Shown here piece by piece: positions 26,801-38,400 of a stretch of DNA of 60,892 nucleotides. Each line of letters starts with the position of its first letter. The stretch's first letter is position 1. Below the pieces are notes generated by a model, which saw nothing but the letters and a program-made list of their open reading frames with translations, searched no databases and was not told where the DNA came from. Both the position numbers and the translations under genes were made by a program. Origin of the DNA: Chiloscyllium plagiosum (Eukaryota); contig NW_025215107.1 of assembly GCF_004010195.1 (NCBI RefSeq), forward strand, positions 3,016 through 63,907. Reading direction: 5' to 3'.

Positions 26801-26984
26801 TCGGGATACTGGTGGTTAGGATTGCAGGCTGCAACAGATGGGTACGATCATGGTGAATCATGCCCAGGGGCTGGAAGGCAGATGGAACTGCCTGGGTGAT
26901 CAACTTAGTTTCATTCATTTGCAGTGTTTGAGTGTTCCTGGCTGGGCCAGTATTGATTTCCTGCCCATAGTTGCCATTACGACA

Positions 26985-27167
26985 GATTGGCCATGTTAAA
27001 TTGCCCATTGTGTCAAGGGATATTCAGGCTAGCTGGAATAGCCATAGGAAATGCACGGTTTCAGGGATATCATTGGGGGAGTGGGTCTGAGTTGGATTCT
27101 CTTCAGAGGGTCATTGTGTACTCAATGGGCCGAATGGTCTGATCCTGTTCTGTCAAGATTTTATGAT
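26985..27167 (+). mobile_element. 3' half of an HE1/V-SINE-like element
   Basis: GATTGGCCATGTTAAATTGCCC..GTG..GGGTCTG..CTCTTC..AGGGTC..GTG..ATGGGCCGAATGG is colinear with the 3' part of 55872-56195. Confidence 0.7.
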
Positions 27168-27224
27168 ATCACTTATCAGCTATAAGACTTAGGATGTAGG
27201 TTTGCTCGCTGAGAGGTTTGACAT

Positions 27225-27264
27225 CCAGACGTTTCGTTACCTGGCTGGGTAGCATCATCAGTGG
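27225..27264 (-). ncRNA. Hammerhead ribozyme in a short PLE terminal fragment (~27190-27285)
   Basis: Minus strand reads CCA-CTGATGA-T-GCTACC(CAGCCA)GGTAAC-GAAA-C-GTC-TGG. Stem I is CCA/TGG, the core is intact, and stem II has one mismatch. Confidence 0.8.
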
Positions 27265-27649
27265 CGACCTCCAAGTGAAGCTATAAGACCATCGGTTTGA
27301 CCAACGTACACAATGGCTTTTGCACAGACAGCTGGCTACTCTGACAACAAGCATAACCAGCTTTTAAAATTAGGTTTGTAATTTATTGCATAAGCTTCTT
27401 TTCTTTCCATTCAAGTGGGTGAGTTGGGGGAGATGTCACAACCTCCTAGCTAAAACACAGATAGACAGCCACGGTTTATTGGCCAAGGAAATCTCCCAAA
27501 TCACAAAACCCGCACAGAACGATAGAAAGTTCCTGAAAACCATCCAGAAATGAACAAAAACAGGGTTTATCTGCAGACTGATTGCCTGAAACTCTGGAGG
27601 CCTTCTGAGGAGACCAGCATGGCAAGAGACAGAGACCATCTAACCATCC

Positions 27650-27735
27650 AGAGAGAGAGAGAGAGGGCGAGAGAAAACAGTTTCGCAGATCCAGAAGCAG
27701 AATCAGAAAGAGAAAGAGAGAGAGAGAGAGAGAGA
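27650..27735. repeat. Interrupted (GA)n microsatellite
   Basis: Two GA runs separated by purine-rich sequence. Confidence 0.85.
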
Positions 27736-28092
27736 CAGGCTGAAGCAAAACCCAGGGGCATGGGAGAGAGGGAATGTGAAAATCCATTGAGAGAGAGAGT
27801 TGGAACCAACTGGAATAACAAGTGTCACCCATCCAGTCTGTCCATGTTTTAACNNNNNNTTTCTCACCCTCCCTTTCTGTTTTTCGCTATTTCAGACCTG
27901 AAAGATCTCACCCAATTTTGTACCCCCTCAAAAGTACTATGCCCTTCATTTTCACTGTCCTCCCAAATTTATTCCCTTTCCGAAATATCTTCCCTCCCAA
28001 ATAATTGCCTCATCAAATTAGCCCCCCTCAAATATTTTGCTGCCCCCAACGTTGCTGTGAGCCCCACTCTCTGGGGCAGAGGGAAATGAATG

Positions 28093-28225
28093 GAAAAGTG
28101 TGGAGCTGGAAAAGCCCAGCAGGTCAGGCCAGAACTGTCACCTCTCCTGGCTGACCCGCTGTCTTTCCCCAGCTCCACACATTGTAACTCTGACTGTCCA
28201 GCATCTGCAGCCCTCAATTTCTCAC
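28093..28225. mobile_element. Collapsed foldback relic of the 20.3 kb PLE family
   Basis: GTGTGGAGCTGGAAAAGCCCAGCAGGTCAGG / CTGACCCGCTGTCTTTCCCCAGCTCCACAC inverted arms plus CCAGCATCTGCAG. The central hammerhead region is deleted. Confidence 0.65.
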
Positions 28226-28481
28226 GCAGGTAAATGAGTCTGGGTTGACTGACTGGCCTGTGTCTGTTTAATGCATAGCAAGATCCCAGTCCCAGAATTA
28301 AAGAAGGCTTGTATCACAGATGGAGTCCTTTCTGCCCATTCCGCCCCCCTCCCCCATTAAATGATCCTGGTCCTGTTCAGGATCCTGAGGATTGTCCCCT
28401 GAATGGCCTCACTGACTATCCTTTCTGAGGAGACCTCTTCTCCGTGTTGTGGTTCTGTTCGCCGAGTTGGGAATGTTTGTT

Positions 28482-28521
28482 GCAGACGTTTCGTCCCCTG
28501 TCTAGGTGACATCCTCAGGGC
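28482..28521 (-). ncRNA. Hammerhead ribozyme (left arm of the foldback)
   Basis: Minus strand reads GCC-CTGAGGA-T-GTCACCT(AGAC)AGGGGAC-GAAA-C-GTC-TGC. The first stem I pair is mismatched. Confidence 0.75.
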
Positions 28522-28790
28522 TTGGGGGCCTCCTGTGAAGCGCTTCTGTGATGTTTCCTCCGGCATTTATAGTGATTTGCCTATGCCGCTTCCGGTTGTC
28601 AGTTCCAGCTGTCCGCTACAGTGGTCGGTGTATTGGGTCCAGATTGATGTGTTTGTTAAACACATCAACCTGGACCCAACATACCGGCCACTGCAGCGGA
28701 CTGCTAGAACTGACAACCGGAAGCGGCAGGGACAGGCCACTATAAATGTCGGAGGAAAGATCACAGAAGCGCTTCACAGGAGGCTCCCAA

Positions 28791-28830
28791 GCACTGAGGA
28801 TGTCACCTAGACAGGGGACGAAACGTCTGC
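28791..28830 (+). ncRNA. Hammerhead ribozyme (right arm of the foldback), intact core
   Basis: GCA-CTGAGGA-T-GTCACCT(AGAC)AGGGGAC-GAAA-C-GTC-TGC. Stem I is GCA/TGC and stem III is the loopless palindrome ACGT. Confidence 0.85.
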
Positions 28831-30189
28831 AACACAAATTCCCAAAAAAAACGTCGGCAAACAGAACCACAACAACGAGCACCTGAGCTACAAATCTTTC
28901 TCCACCAACCCCAAAACCCCATCAAACAGTCCCCCATCTCTGGCTGTCCCAATACCCCCTTGTCTCCCAATCTCCCCCTTCCGATGTAGACCCACAGCTC
29001 CTGGGCTGGAGGACATGGTGCAGAGACTAACACACCTTTTGACTGACTGCTGTCATGCACAGAAAGATCCCACTTTGCAACCATTCCCTATCCACACACA
29101 CTGTCCTTCTCCATCCATATGTGTCCTTCTTCCTCTCCCTGTTTCTCACTGCCCATCTCTCTCTCTCGCCTCAATTTCTCCATCCCCACTCTATCCATGT
29201 CTCTCTTTCTCTTTTTGTCACCCTCCCCTTCTCTTTTTCTTCATTTCAGACTCAATGGGAAAAGGACTTTTATGTCTCTTACACTAACCCCCTCCCCACT
29301 GTCGGGGTAAAACCCGGGAGAGACCAGGAAAAGGTTGATCCCCCGCATTAACTGTACAGCATCCAGCGACACAGAGACAAACTCTTCCAACGTCCCTTCC
29401 CCAGTCACTGGGACAGGGCTCCAGGGAGACATACGGAGAGAAACTACAAGAGAGAAAGAGAGCTGGGTAGACAGACAGTCAGAGGGAGGGAGAGAACACG
29501 AGAAAGACGGGCAGGCAGAGGGAGGGAGAGAAAGTGAGATGAACTGAAAAAGAGTAGGAGAGACGCAGAGAGAGAAAGGGAGAGAGAAAGAGTAAAACCC
29601 CATGAAGAGAAATATAATGTCAGACAGATATAAGGTGAAAAAGGGGAGGAAAAGACAGGGAGTGAAGGTCAAATAGACAGCAAGAGAGAAAACCCAGGGA
29701 GAGGTATAGGACAGAGAGAGAGAGGAGTTGCAGCAGCAGCATAGAGCTGAGAGAGTGGGGGGGGGGGGGGGGAGCTGCTGCGATGCAACGAGAATGATTT
29801 ACAGACAAGAAAGGCAAGATCCCATAGAGCTGAGAGAAAGATGCAGAGAGAGATGAGCAAGGTGTTGGTTTTGTGGAAGATTGAATGATTAAGCATTCCT
29901 GAAAAACATGATGGGGTGTCAAAGGGGCAGAGTGTTGTTGGAAGGGAATCTGCAGGGAAATGTCAACAGGGCAGAGATATGAAGGATGTTGTGAGATAGG
30001 GATTGAAGGAAAAATGTGGGAGAGACAGCTGGGAACACAGAAATATACATAAGAGCTCTCATGGTAGTGGGAAGCAGTGAGATTGGTGGGATCAGACTGT
30101 GCAGCTGCCCTCTCTAGCATTTTGCGCCTTTGTCTCTCCTCAGTGTAGAGCTCGCATCTTGTGGTAAAATTCCCACAGACAGCCTGAAT

Positions 30190-31676
30190 CCCACAATGTG
30201 TGTGTGTGTGTGTGTTCACTCTCTCCGGTTCCAGCTCCTGTCTGATGATTCCGTATAGCAGAATAATTTGATTCTCTGTCTCTGTACTGTCCGGGTTTCA
30301 GCTCCCAAATCAAATGCTAAATCATTTACGAACCTATTGAATAGTAGATCAGGCTCGCGAGGCTGAATGTTCTCCTCCTGTCCCTATTTCGGATGGTCTT
30401 CTGTTCTTAACACTACCTCCCAGCTCTTGGCCCCCATACTGGAGGTTATGCGACACAAGGGACTGATCTGTCGAGGGCTGCACTCTTCCGTGAGTCTCGG
30501 AGGGAACCGGCCTGCTTTGGATAGGAGTTGCAGCCTCTCAGTGAGAAGTGAAATCTTCTCGAGATTACCCTCAGTCTCTCACTGTAAGGTGGAGCAGCCC
30601 TGTCTCGGAGAAGCAAACAACAGGCCAGGTCTGCCATGTCCTCCAACTCCAGTTCAGAAGGCCACATGGGAGGGGCTTGTTTCCTTCATCAGCTTCCCGT
30701 GCTCTCCCTTCTGGGTGAGGGTGGGGCCGAATGGCCTTGCTCCTGGCTCCTATTCAGGTGCAGGCTGGCTATGATTGGGTTATACAGTGCATGCCCCTGG
30801 AGNNNNNNNNNNNNNNNNNNNNNNNNNNNNNNNNNNNNNNNNNNNNNNNNNNNNNNNNNNNNNNNNNNNNNNNNNNNNNNNNNNNNNNNNNNNNNNNNNN
30901 NNNNNNNNNNNNNNNNNNNNNNNNNNNNNNNNNNNNNNNNNNNNNNNNNNNNNNNNNNNNNNNNNNNNNNNNNNNNNNNNNNNNNNNNNNNNNNNNNNNN
31001 NNNNNNNNNNNNNNNNNNNNNNNNNNNNNNNNNTGTGTGTGTATGTCCGTGTCCGTGTGTGTGTGTGTCCGTGTGTGTGTGTGTCTGTGTCCGTGTGTGT
31101 GTGTGTGTGTGGGTGTGTCCGTGTGTGTGTGTGCTTTCGTCTGATGATTCCTTATAGCAGAATAATTTGATTCTCTGTCTCTGTACTGTCCGAGTTTCAG
31201 CTCCCAAATCAAATGCTAAATCATTCACAATCCTATTGAATAGCAGAGCAGGTTCGAGGGGCTGAATGATCTCCTGTTCCTATTTCGGATGGTCTTATGT
31301 TCTTAACACTACCTCCCAGCTCTTGGCCCCCACACTGGAGGTTATGATTCCACAAGGGCCTGATCTGTAGAGGGCTGCCCTCTTCCGTGAGTCTCGGAGG
31401 GAACCAGCCTGATTTGGATTGGAGTTGCAGCCTCTCAGTGAGAAGTGAAATCTCCATGAGATTCCCCTCAGTCTCTCACTGTAAGGTGGAGCAGGCGAGT
31501 CTCGGGGAAGCAAACAGCAGGTTAGATGTGCTCTGTTCTCCAGCTCCATTTCAGAAAGCCACATGGGAGGGGATTGTTTCCTTTATCAGCTTCCCGTGCT
31601 CTCCCTTCTGGGTGAGGGTGGGGGCCGAATGACCTTGCTCCTGGCTCCTATTGAGGTGCAGGCTGGCTATGATTGG
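30190..31676. repeat. Diverged tandem duplication of a ~550-bp unit spanning a gap
   Basis: 30240-30778 aligns with 31139-31676 with many substitutions. Each copy is preceded by a (TG)-rich tract and contains CR1-tail-like motifs (AGGCTCG..GGCTGAATG; GGGCCGAATGGCC). Confidence 0.9.
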
Positions 31677-31965
31677 TTGTGGTTCTGTTCGCCGAGCTGT
31701 GAATTTGTCCTGCAAACATTTCGTCCCCTGTCGAGGTGACATCCTCAGTGCTTGGGAGCCTCCTGTGAAGCTTTTCTGTGATCTTTCCTCCGGCATTCAT
31801 AGTGGTTTGTCTCTGCCGCTTCTGGTTGTCTGTTCCAGCTGTCCGCTGTAGTGGCCGGTATATTGGGTCCAGGTCGATGCGTTTGTTGATAGAGTCTGTG
31901 GATGAGTGCCACGCCACTAGGAATTCCCTGGCTGTTCTCTGTTTGGCTTGCCCTATAATAGTGTT
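31677..31965 (-). mobile_element. Penelope-like element 3' fragment (C-terminal end of the GIY-YIG region plus a degenerate hammerhead)
   Basis: Minus frame NTIIGQAKQRTAREFLVAWHSSTDSINKRIDLDPIYRPL resembles the PLE endonuclease C-terminus. The hammerhead at 31712-31751 reads CTGAGGA..GAAATGTT (two C>T changes). Confidence 0.85.
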
Positions 31966-32534
31966 CGTGCTTCAATACTGTATCTATCTCATGTCTTCTG
32001 GACCAGAGTTCGATCCCTTAAATACACTCTGCTCTGTTCACTGTGAGTGATCTTACCGATCTGCAGGATTTACTGAAGGCTCCAGATCTCACTCTCCATC
32101 TCTCTGGCTGACCAACTGTCTTCAGTGTGGTGGTGGACAAACAGGAATTGGGAATTCTGCTGAGTCAGGAGCATCCTGAGTACCTACAGGAGACAGAGAA
32201 ATGAACAGAATGGGAAATCAGACTGATGCAGTGATGGTTAAACATGAAGAATGGCACCGAGTCCCACAGAGACCTGGAAAATCCCAGTCTCCATCCCTGG
32301 TCTGTGCTGCTGCGTCTCCCTGGAGTGGAGAGTTCTGTTGATTCAGGATCTGGAGTAGCTGCAAAAGGTGCAGTCACCGGCAGCAATTAGACTCTCACAG
32401 TGACAGATACCACATGGAGAGAGACTGTGTGATAGCACCAGAGTGCAGGAAGGTATCAGGATCTAACCACGGTCACGAAGAAGATGCACTGGGATCAGTA
32501 CTCAGGGATGAGCGAGCTATCAGTGGGCCAGGCA

Positions 32535-32805
32535 TTGGCCTCGTGTTACTCTCACTAGACTGTTCATCCAGAATTTAATGCCGGTAGCAGGGATACCCAT
32601 CTGACTACTTAATACCCTTTAAGTAAGGAAATCTGTTATAGGCTGCCAGTCTGGCCTACGTATGAATCCAGACACAGGGCAATGGGATTGACGCTCAAAT
32701 GCCCTCTGTAATGATCTGGCAAGCCACTCAGCACTTAGGCTGGTCAGGGTGGGCATGCGATGCTGGCCAGCCAGAGACAGCAATATCTCAAGAGTGAATT
32801 AAAAT
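32535..32805 (+). mobile_element. Decayed shark SINE (SacSINE1/DeuSINE-like)
   Basis: AAGGAAATCTG...GTCTGGCCTAC..GA.TCCAGAC..AGCAATG..GTTGAC.CT.AA.TGCCCTCTG.AATG...AGCCACTCAG...ATGCTGGCCAGCCAG motif series. Confidence 0.6.
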
Positions 32806-33084
32806 CAACACTGCTGGGACCAGTGTCCTGGCCAATCATGTCGGTAGGTTTATGGACAGGGTTTTAAACTGACAGAGAGGATACAGGGACAGGGTTCAGG
32901 TGAAAGTAGCTTTCCAAATCCAAAGAGAAAATGTGAAGCCTCAGAACAGCATGGGGATGTGGCTGAAGACAAGCAGAAAGGAACAGGAAGGGACAGAGTT
33001 TAACTAAAACTGTACATTGTTTGCCCATTTCAAAAAAAATTATAATTTCCTTTTTCCCACAATGTCTTGTAATAAACACTATGT

Positions 33085-33980
33085 CTCAAATTTTGGCGTC
33101 ATCTGCAAACTTGTTAACTGTATCTCCTATGTTCATGTCAAAATCATTAATATAATGACGAAACATAGTGACGCCAGCACCGATCTTTGTGGCACACCAT
33201 CGTCCTCCAGTGTGAAAAGCAACTGTCTGCCACCACCCTCTGTCCTCTACCTTCGAGCCAGTTCTGTATCCAAACAGCCAGTTCTCCCTGTATTCCATGA
33301 GATCTAACCTTGCTAACCAATCTCCCATGAGGAACTATTTCACGCACCTCACTGAAGTTCACAGAAATCACATCCAATGATTGGCCCTAATCAATCCTTT
33401 TTGTTACTTCTTCAAAAAACACAATCAATTTCTTGAGACATTATTTCTCATACATAAAGCCATGCTGACTATCCCTAGTCACTCCTTGCCTTTCTAAATA
33501 CATGTAAATCCTATCTCGCAGGATTCCCTTCAACAATTTACCCACTACTGATGTCAGGCCCACTGGTCTGTAGTTCCCTAGCTTTCCCTTACCACCTTTT
33601 TAAAATGGTGACACCACGTTAGCCAACCTCTAGTCTTTTCGCACCTCACCTGTGATAATCAATGATACAAATTTCTCAGCAAAGGCCCCATCAGTAACTT
33701 CCCGAGCTTCCCATAGATTCCAAGGTACACCTGATCAGATCCTGGGGATGTATGCGCTTTTATGCATTTCAAGACATCCAGCACCTCCTCCTCTTCGATA
33801 TGGATGCTTTGCAAGCGTCACCATCTACTTCCCCACATTCTGTATCCTCCATTTCCTTCTCCACAGTAAACACTGATGAAAAATACTCGTATAGTATCGC
33901 CACCATCTCCTCCGGCTGCACACAAAGGCTGCCTTGCTGATCTTTTAGGGGCCCTATTTTCTTCCTAGTTACCCTCTTCC
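33085..33980 (-). mobile_element. CR1/HER1-like LINE ORF2 (reverse transcriptase) fragment, frameshifted
   Basis: Minus peptides KRVTRKKIGPLKDQQGSLCV..YFSSVFT, VPHGRLVSKVRSHGIQGELAVWIQNWLEGRGQRVV and YINDFDMNIGDTVNKFADDAKI (RT FADD motif). Confidence 0.93.
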
Positions 33981-34804
33981 CAATCTCCAATGATAAAGGT
34001 TTCATACTCTTAAAATGGAATCACCCCAATTCCTGCATTTCACGAAACTGTCACTTGAAAATAATAATAAAAAAGAACATTCTAAATGAAGGCTTTGATG
34101 AGGTGAGTCCTGTGGTCAGTCCTGTCAATCTGGAGGCTACCAGATACACGGAGAGTACTTTCTACTAGAGCAGCACCAGGTCAGTGTCAGGGACACGGAC
34201 AGAATGGGCAAATAGATTCACATCTGAACTCACATTTCCCAGCCTGGGAATCTGAAGCTGTGCACAGCCAATCCTGGTAAAAATCAGCAAAATTAGGTAA
34301 TCAAGATCGGCCCAATAGTCAAATAAAAAAAACAAATGAATCATTCAGACTAAAATATCCTTCAGGCTCCACAAAGCAGTCTCGGTCCCATCCTGCAGGT
34401 AATATGAATCCCGCTCCCTCTAACCTCCTGCAAGATCCCCGTCCCTTCCTATATTTGTACCATCCTCCAGGTTCTGCAGCCCTTCCTACCTCCGTAACAT
34501 GACCCGGACTCTACAACTCTTCCTTCTTCTGCAATGTTCCCCAGAAGGGTACTGGAGGATGATGGGGAGTTACAGAGTTAGCGAGGAATATTAGGATTGG
34601 AGGATTTTGCAGTTATTAGTAATATTGAAGTGGTTGAAATTGGCTTTGGTAGTTTTGAGGGTTCACGTCAATAAAAGAGGTTACAGAGCTAAGGAGGATT
34701 GTCGGGACGGGAAGACGCTTCACAGTTTATGAGTTTTGTGGGGACTGGAGGAAGATACCAAATTAGGGAGGGGTTAAGATTGAAGGATTCTGCAGAAAAC
34801 CTCG

Positions 34805-35400
34805 ACCGAGTTAAAGGCAGGATTCTTGGTAGTGTGGAGAAACAGCCGAACCTTGGGGTCCACGTTCATAGATCCTTCAAAGATTTCAGCCAAGTTGATA
34901 GGGATGGTACGAAGGCGTGTGATGTGTTAGCTTTCATGAGCAGGGGGATTGAGTTTAAGACCTGTGAGGTTATGCTGCAGCTCCATACAACTCTGGTTAC
35001 TCCACACTTGGAATATTGTGTTATGTTCCGGTCGCCTCATTATAGGAAAAATGTGGAAGCTTCGGAGAGGGTGCAGAGATTTATAAGGATGTTTTCTGGA
35101 TTGGAAGGCAGGTCTAATGAAGAAATTTTGGGGAAGCCAGGGCTTTTCTCATTGGAATGAGAAAGGATGAGAGCTGACTTGGTAGATGATAAGAGACGTA
35201 CGAGATGATTAGAGGCATACACAGAGTGGCTAGCCCGAGAATTCTCCCTTTGTGAAAATGGCTATAACGATGGGGCATAATTTTAAGGTACTTGGAGGAA
35301 GGTTTATGGGAGATATCAGAGGTACGTACGTTACACAGAGAGTGGTGGGAATGTGGAATGCACTGCCAGCGTTGGTGGTAGAGAGAGCAACATTAGGGAC
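34805..35400 (+). mobile_element. CR1/HER1-like LINE 3' ORF2 fragment
   Basis: LGVHVHRSFK..RGIEFKTCEVMLQLHTTLVTPHLEYCVMFRSPHYRKNVEASERVQR..GLFSLE; also ACACAGAGAGTGGTGGGAATGTGGAATGCACTGCC. Confidence 0.92.
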
Positions 35401-38400
35401 AGTGAGTGTGAGGGGGTCGGCGTGATGGAGATGGAGCGAGTGTGAGGTGGTCACGTTGAAGGGTGATGGAGTGACTGTGAGGGATTCAGTGTGACGGTGA
35501 TTCAGTGAGTGTGATGGTGTCAGGGTGACGGTGAAGGGATGAGTGTGAGGGGTTCAGGGTGATAGTGATAGAGTGAGTGTGAGGTGGTCAGAGTGATGGT
35601 GATGGAGTGAGTGTGGGAGGGTCAGAGTGATAATGATGGAGTGAGTGTGAGGGGGTCAGGGTGACCGTGATGGAGTGATTGTGAGGGGGTCAGGGTGACG
35701 GTGATGGAGTGTGTGTGAGGGTGTCACGGTGACTGTGATGGATTGAGTGTGACGGGGTCAGGGTGACGGTGATGCAGTGAGTGTGATGGAGTCAGGGTGA
35801 CAGTGATGGAGTGAGTGTTGGGGGTCAGGGTGACGGTGATGGAGTGAGTGTGAGCAGTCAGTTTGATAGTGATGGAATAAGTTGAGGGTGTCAGGGTGAC
35901 GGTGAGTGGGAATACAGCTGTTATAATGGGGTCGGGGCTCAGTGAGTGGGAGTATAGCTGTTACAATGGGGTAGTGCTCAGTGAGTGGGAATACAGCTGT
36001 TATAATGGGGTCNNNNNNNNNNNNNNNNNNNNNNNNNNNNNNNNNNNNNNNNNNNNNNNNNNNNNNNNNNNNNNNNNNNNNNNNNNNNNNNNNNNNNNNN
36101 NNNNNNNNNNNNNNNNNNNNNNNNNNNNNNNNNNNNNNNNNNNNNNNNNNNNNNNNNNNNNNNNNNNNNNNNNNNNNNNNNNNNNNNNNNNNNNNNNNNN
36201 NNNNNNNNNNNNNNNNNNNNNNNNNNNNNNNNNNNNNNNNNNNNNNNNNNNNNNNNNNNNNNNNNNNNNNNNNNNNNNNNNNNNNNNNNNNNNNNNNNNN
36301 NNNNNNNNNNNNNNNNNNNNNNNNNNNNNNNNNNNNNNNNNNNNNNNNNNNNNNNNNNNNNNNNNNNNNNNNNNNNNNNNNNNNNNNNNNNNNNNNNNNN
36401 NNNNNNNNNNNNNNNNNNNNNNNNNNNNNNNNNNNNNNNNNNNNNNNNNNNNNNNNNNNNNNNNNNNNNNNCAGGGTGACGGTGAAGGAGTGATTGTGAC
36501 GGGTTCAGGGTGACGGTGACGGAGTGAGTGTGAGGTGGTCAGAGTGACGGTGATGGAGTGAGTGTGGTGGGGTCAGGGTGACAGTGATGGAGTGAGTGTG
36601 AGAGGGTTAGGATGACGGTGTTGAAATGAGTGTGAGTGGGTCAGATTGGCTGTGATGGAGTGAGTGTGACGGGGTCAGGGTGACGGTGATGGAGTGATTT
36701 TGAGAGGGTCAGGGTGACAGTGATGGAGTGAGTGTGAGAGTGTCAGGGTGACGGTGATGGAGTGAGTGTGAGGGGTTCAAGGTGTCTGTGATGGCGTGAG
36801 TTTGAGGGGGGCAGGGTTACTGTGATGGAATGAGTGTGAGGGGATCAGTGTGACAGTGATGGAGTGAGTGAGTGAGAGTCAGATTGACGGTGATGGAGTG
36901 AGTTTGAGGTGGTCAGGTGACGTGACGGAGTGAGTTTGAGGGGGTCTGGGTAATGGTGATGGTGTGAGTGCGAGGGGATCATGTTGACGGTGATGGAGTG
37001 CGTGTGAGGTGATCAGGGTGATGGTGATGGATTGAGAATGAGGGTGTCAGTGTGACGGTGAAGGAATGAGTGTGACGGGTTCAGGGTGACGGTGATGGAG
37101 TGAGTGTGAGGTGGTCAGAGTGATGGTAATGGAGTGAGTGTGAGAGGGTCAGCGTGACGATGATGAAGTGAGTGTGAGGGGATCAGTGTGACGCTGACGG
37201 AATGAGTGAGTGGCTCAGGGTGACGGTGATGCAGTGAGTTGAGGGAGTCAGGGTGACGGTGATGGGGTGAGTGTGAGGTGATTAGGGTGACTGTGATGGA
37301 GTGAGTGTCATTGGGTCAGCCTGAGGCTGATGGAGTGAGTGTGAGAGTGTCAGGGTGACGGTGATGGATTGAGTGTGACGGGGTCAGGGTGTCGGTGATG
37401 GAGTGAGTTTGAGAGTGTCAGGGTGACAGTGATGGAGTGAGTGTGAGGGGTCAGTGTGTCTGTGATGGAATGAGTTGAGGGTGTCAGGGTGTGGATGATG
37501 GATTGAGTGTGAGAAGGTCAGTGTGATGGTAATGGAGTGAGTGTGGGAGGGTCAGAGTGATAATGATGGAGTGAGTGTGAGGGAGTCAGTGTGACGGTGA
37601 TGGAGTGACTGTGAGGGGGTCAGGGTGCCGGTGATGGAGTGAGTATGGAGGGTCAGGGTGACGGTGATGGAGTGAGTGTGAGGGGGTCAGTGTGGCTGTG
37701 ATGGAGTGAGTGTGAGTGTGTCGGGATGATGGTTATGAAGAAAGAGTGAGGGGATCAGAGTGACTGTGATGTAGTGAGAGTGAGTGTGTCAGTGTGACGG
37801 AGATGGAGTGAGTGTGAGGGGGTCCGGTTGACGGCGATGGTGTGAGTGTGAGTGCGTCAAAAATGGAGTTAATGTGAGGGGATCAGTATGATGGTGACCG
37901 AGGGTGTGCGAGGATTCTGTGTGACGGTGATGGAGTGAGTGTGAGGCGGTCAGAGTGACGGTGATGGAGTGTGTGTGAGGGGGTCAGTATGACTGTGATC
38001 GACTGAGTGTGTGGGTATCATGGTGACAGTGATGGAGTGAGTGTGAAGGGGTCAGGGTGATTGTGATGGAGTGAGTGTGAGGGAGTCAGGGTGACGGTTA
38101 TGAAGTGAGTGTGAGGGGATCAGAGTGACGGTGATGGAGTGAGTGTGAGAGGGTCAGTATGACTATGATCGAGTGAGTGTGAGGATGTCATGGTGACAGT
38201 GATGGAGTGAGTGTGAAGGGGTCAGGGTGTGGGTGATGGAGTGACTGTGAGGGGTTCAGCGTGACGGAGATGGAGTGAGTGTGAAGGGGTCAGAGTTACG
38301 GTGATGGAGTGAGTGTGAGGGGATCTGTGTGACGGTGATGCAGTAAAAATGAGGGGGTCAGCTTGATGGTAACGGCGTGAGTGTGAGGGGCTCAGGGTGA

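Larger units (their letters stand above)
28445..28902. mobile_element. PLE foldback: two inverted 3' ends forming a ~430-bp near-perfect palindrome
   Basis: Arms 28445-28654 and 28658-28874 with loop GTT. The arms encode KHINLDPI/TxRPL, the same C-terminal peptide as the PLE fragment at 31677-31965. Confidence 0.9.

Noticed and set aside
29757..29772. G16 run
   Set aside because: Simple homopolymer in a purine-rich low-complexity tract.
30241..30300. CTGATGA as a hammerhead core or snoRNA C box (also at 31141)
   Set aside because: No stem II-GAAA follows, and there is no suitably placed D box with a terminal stem.
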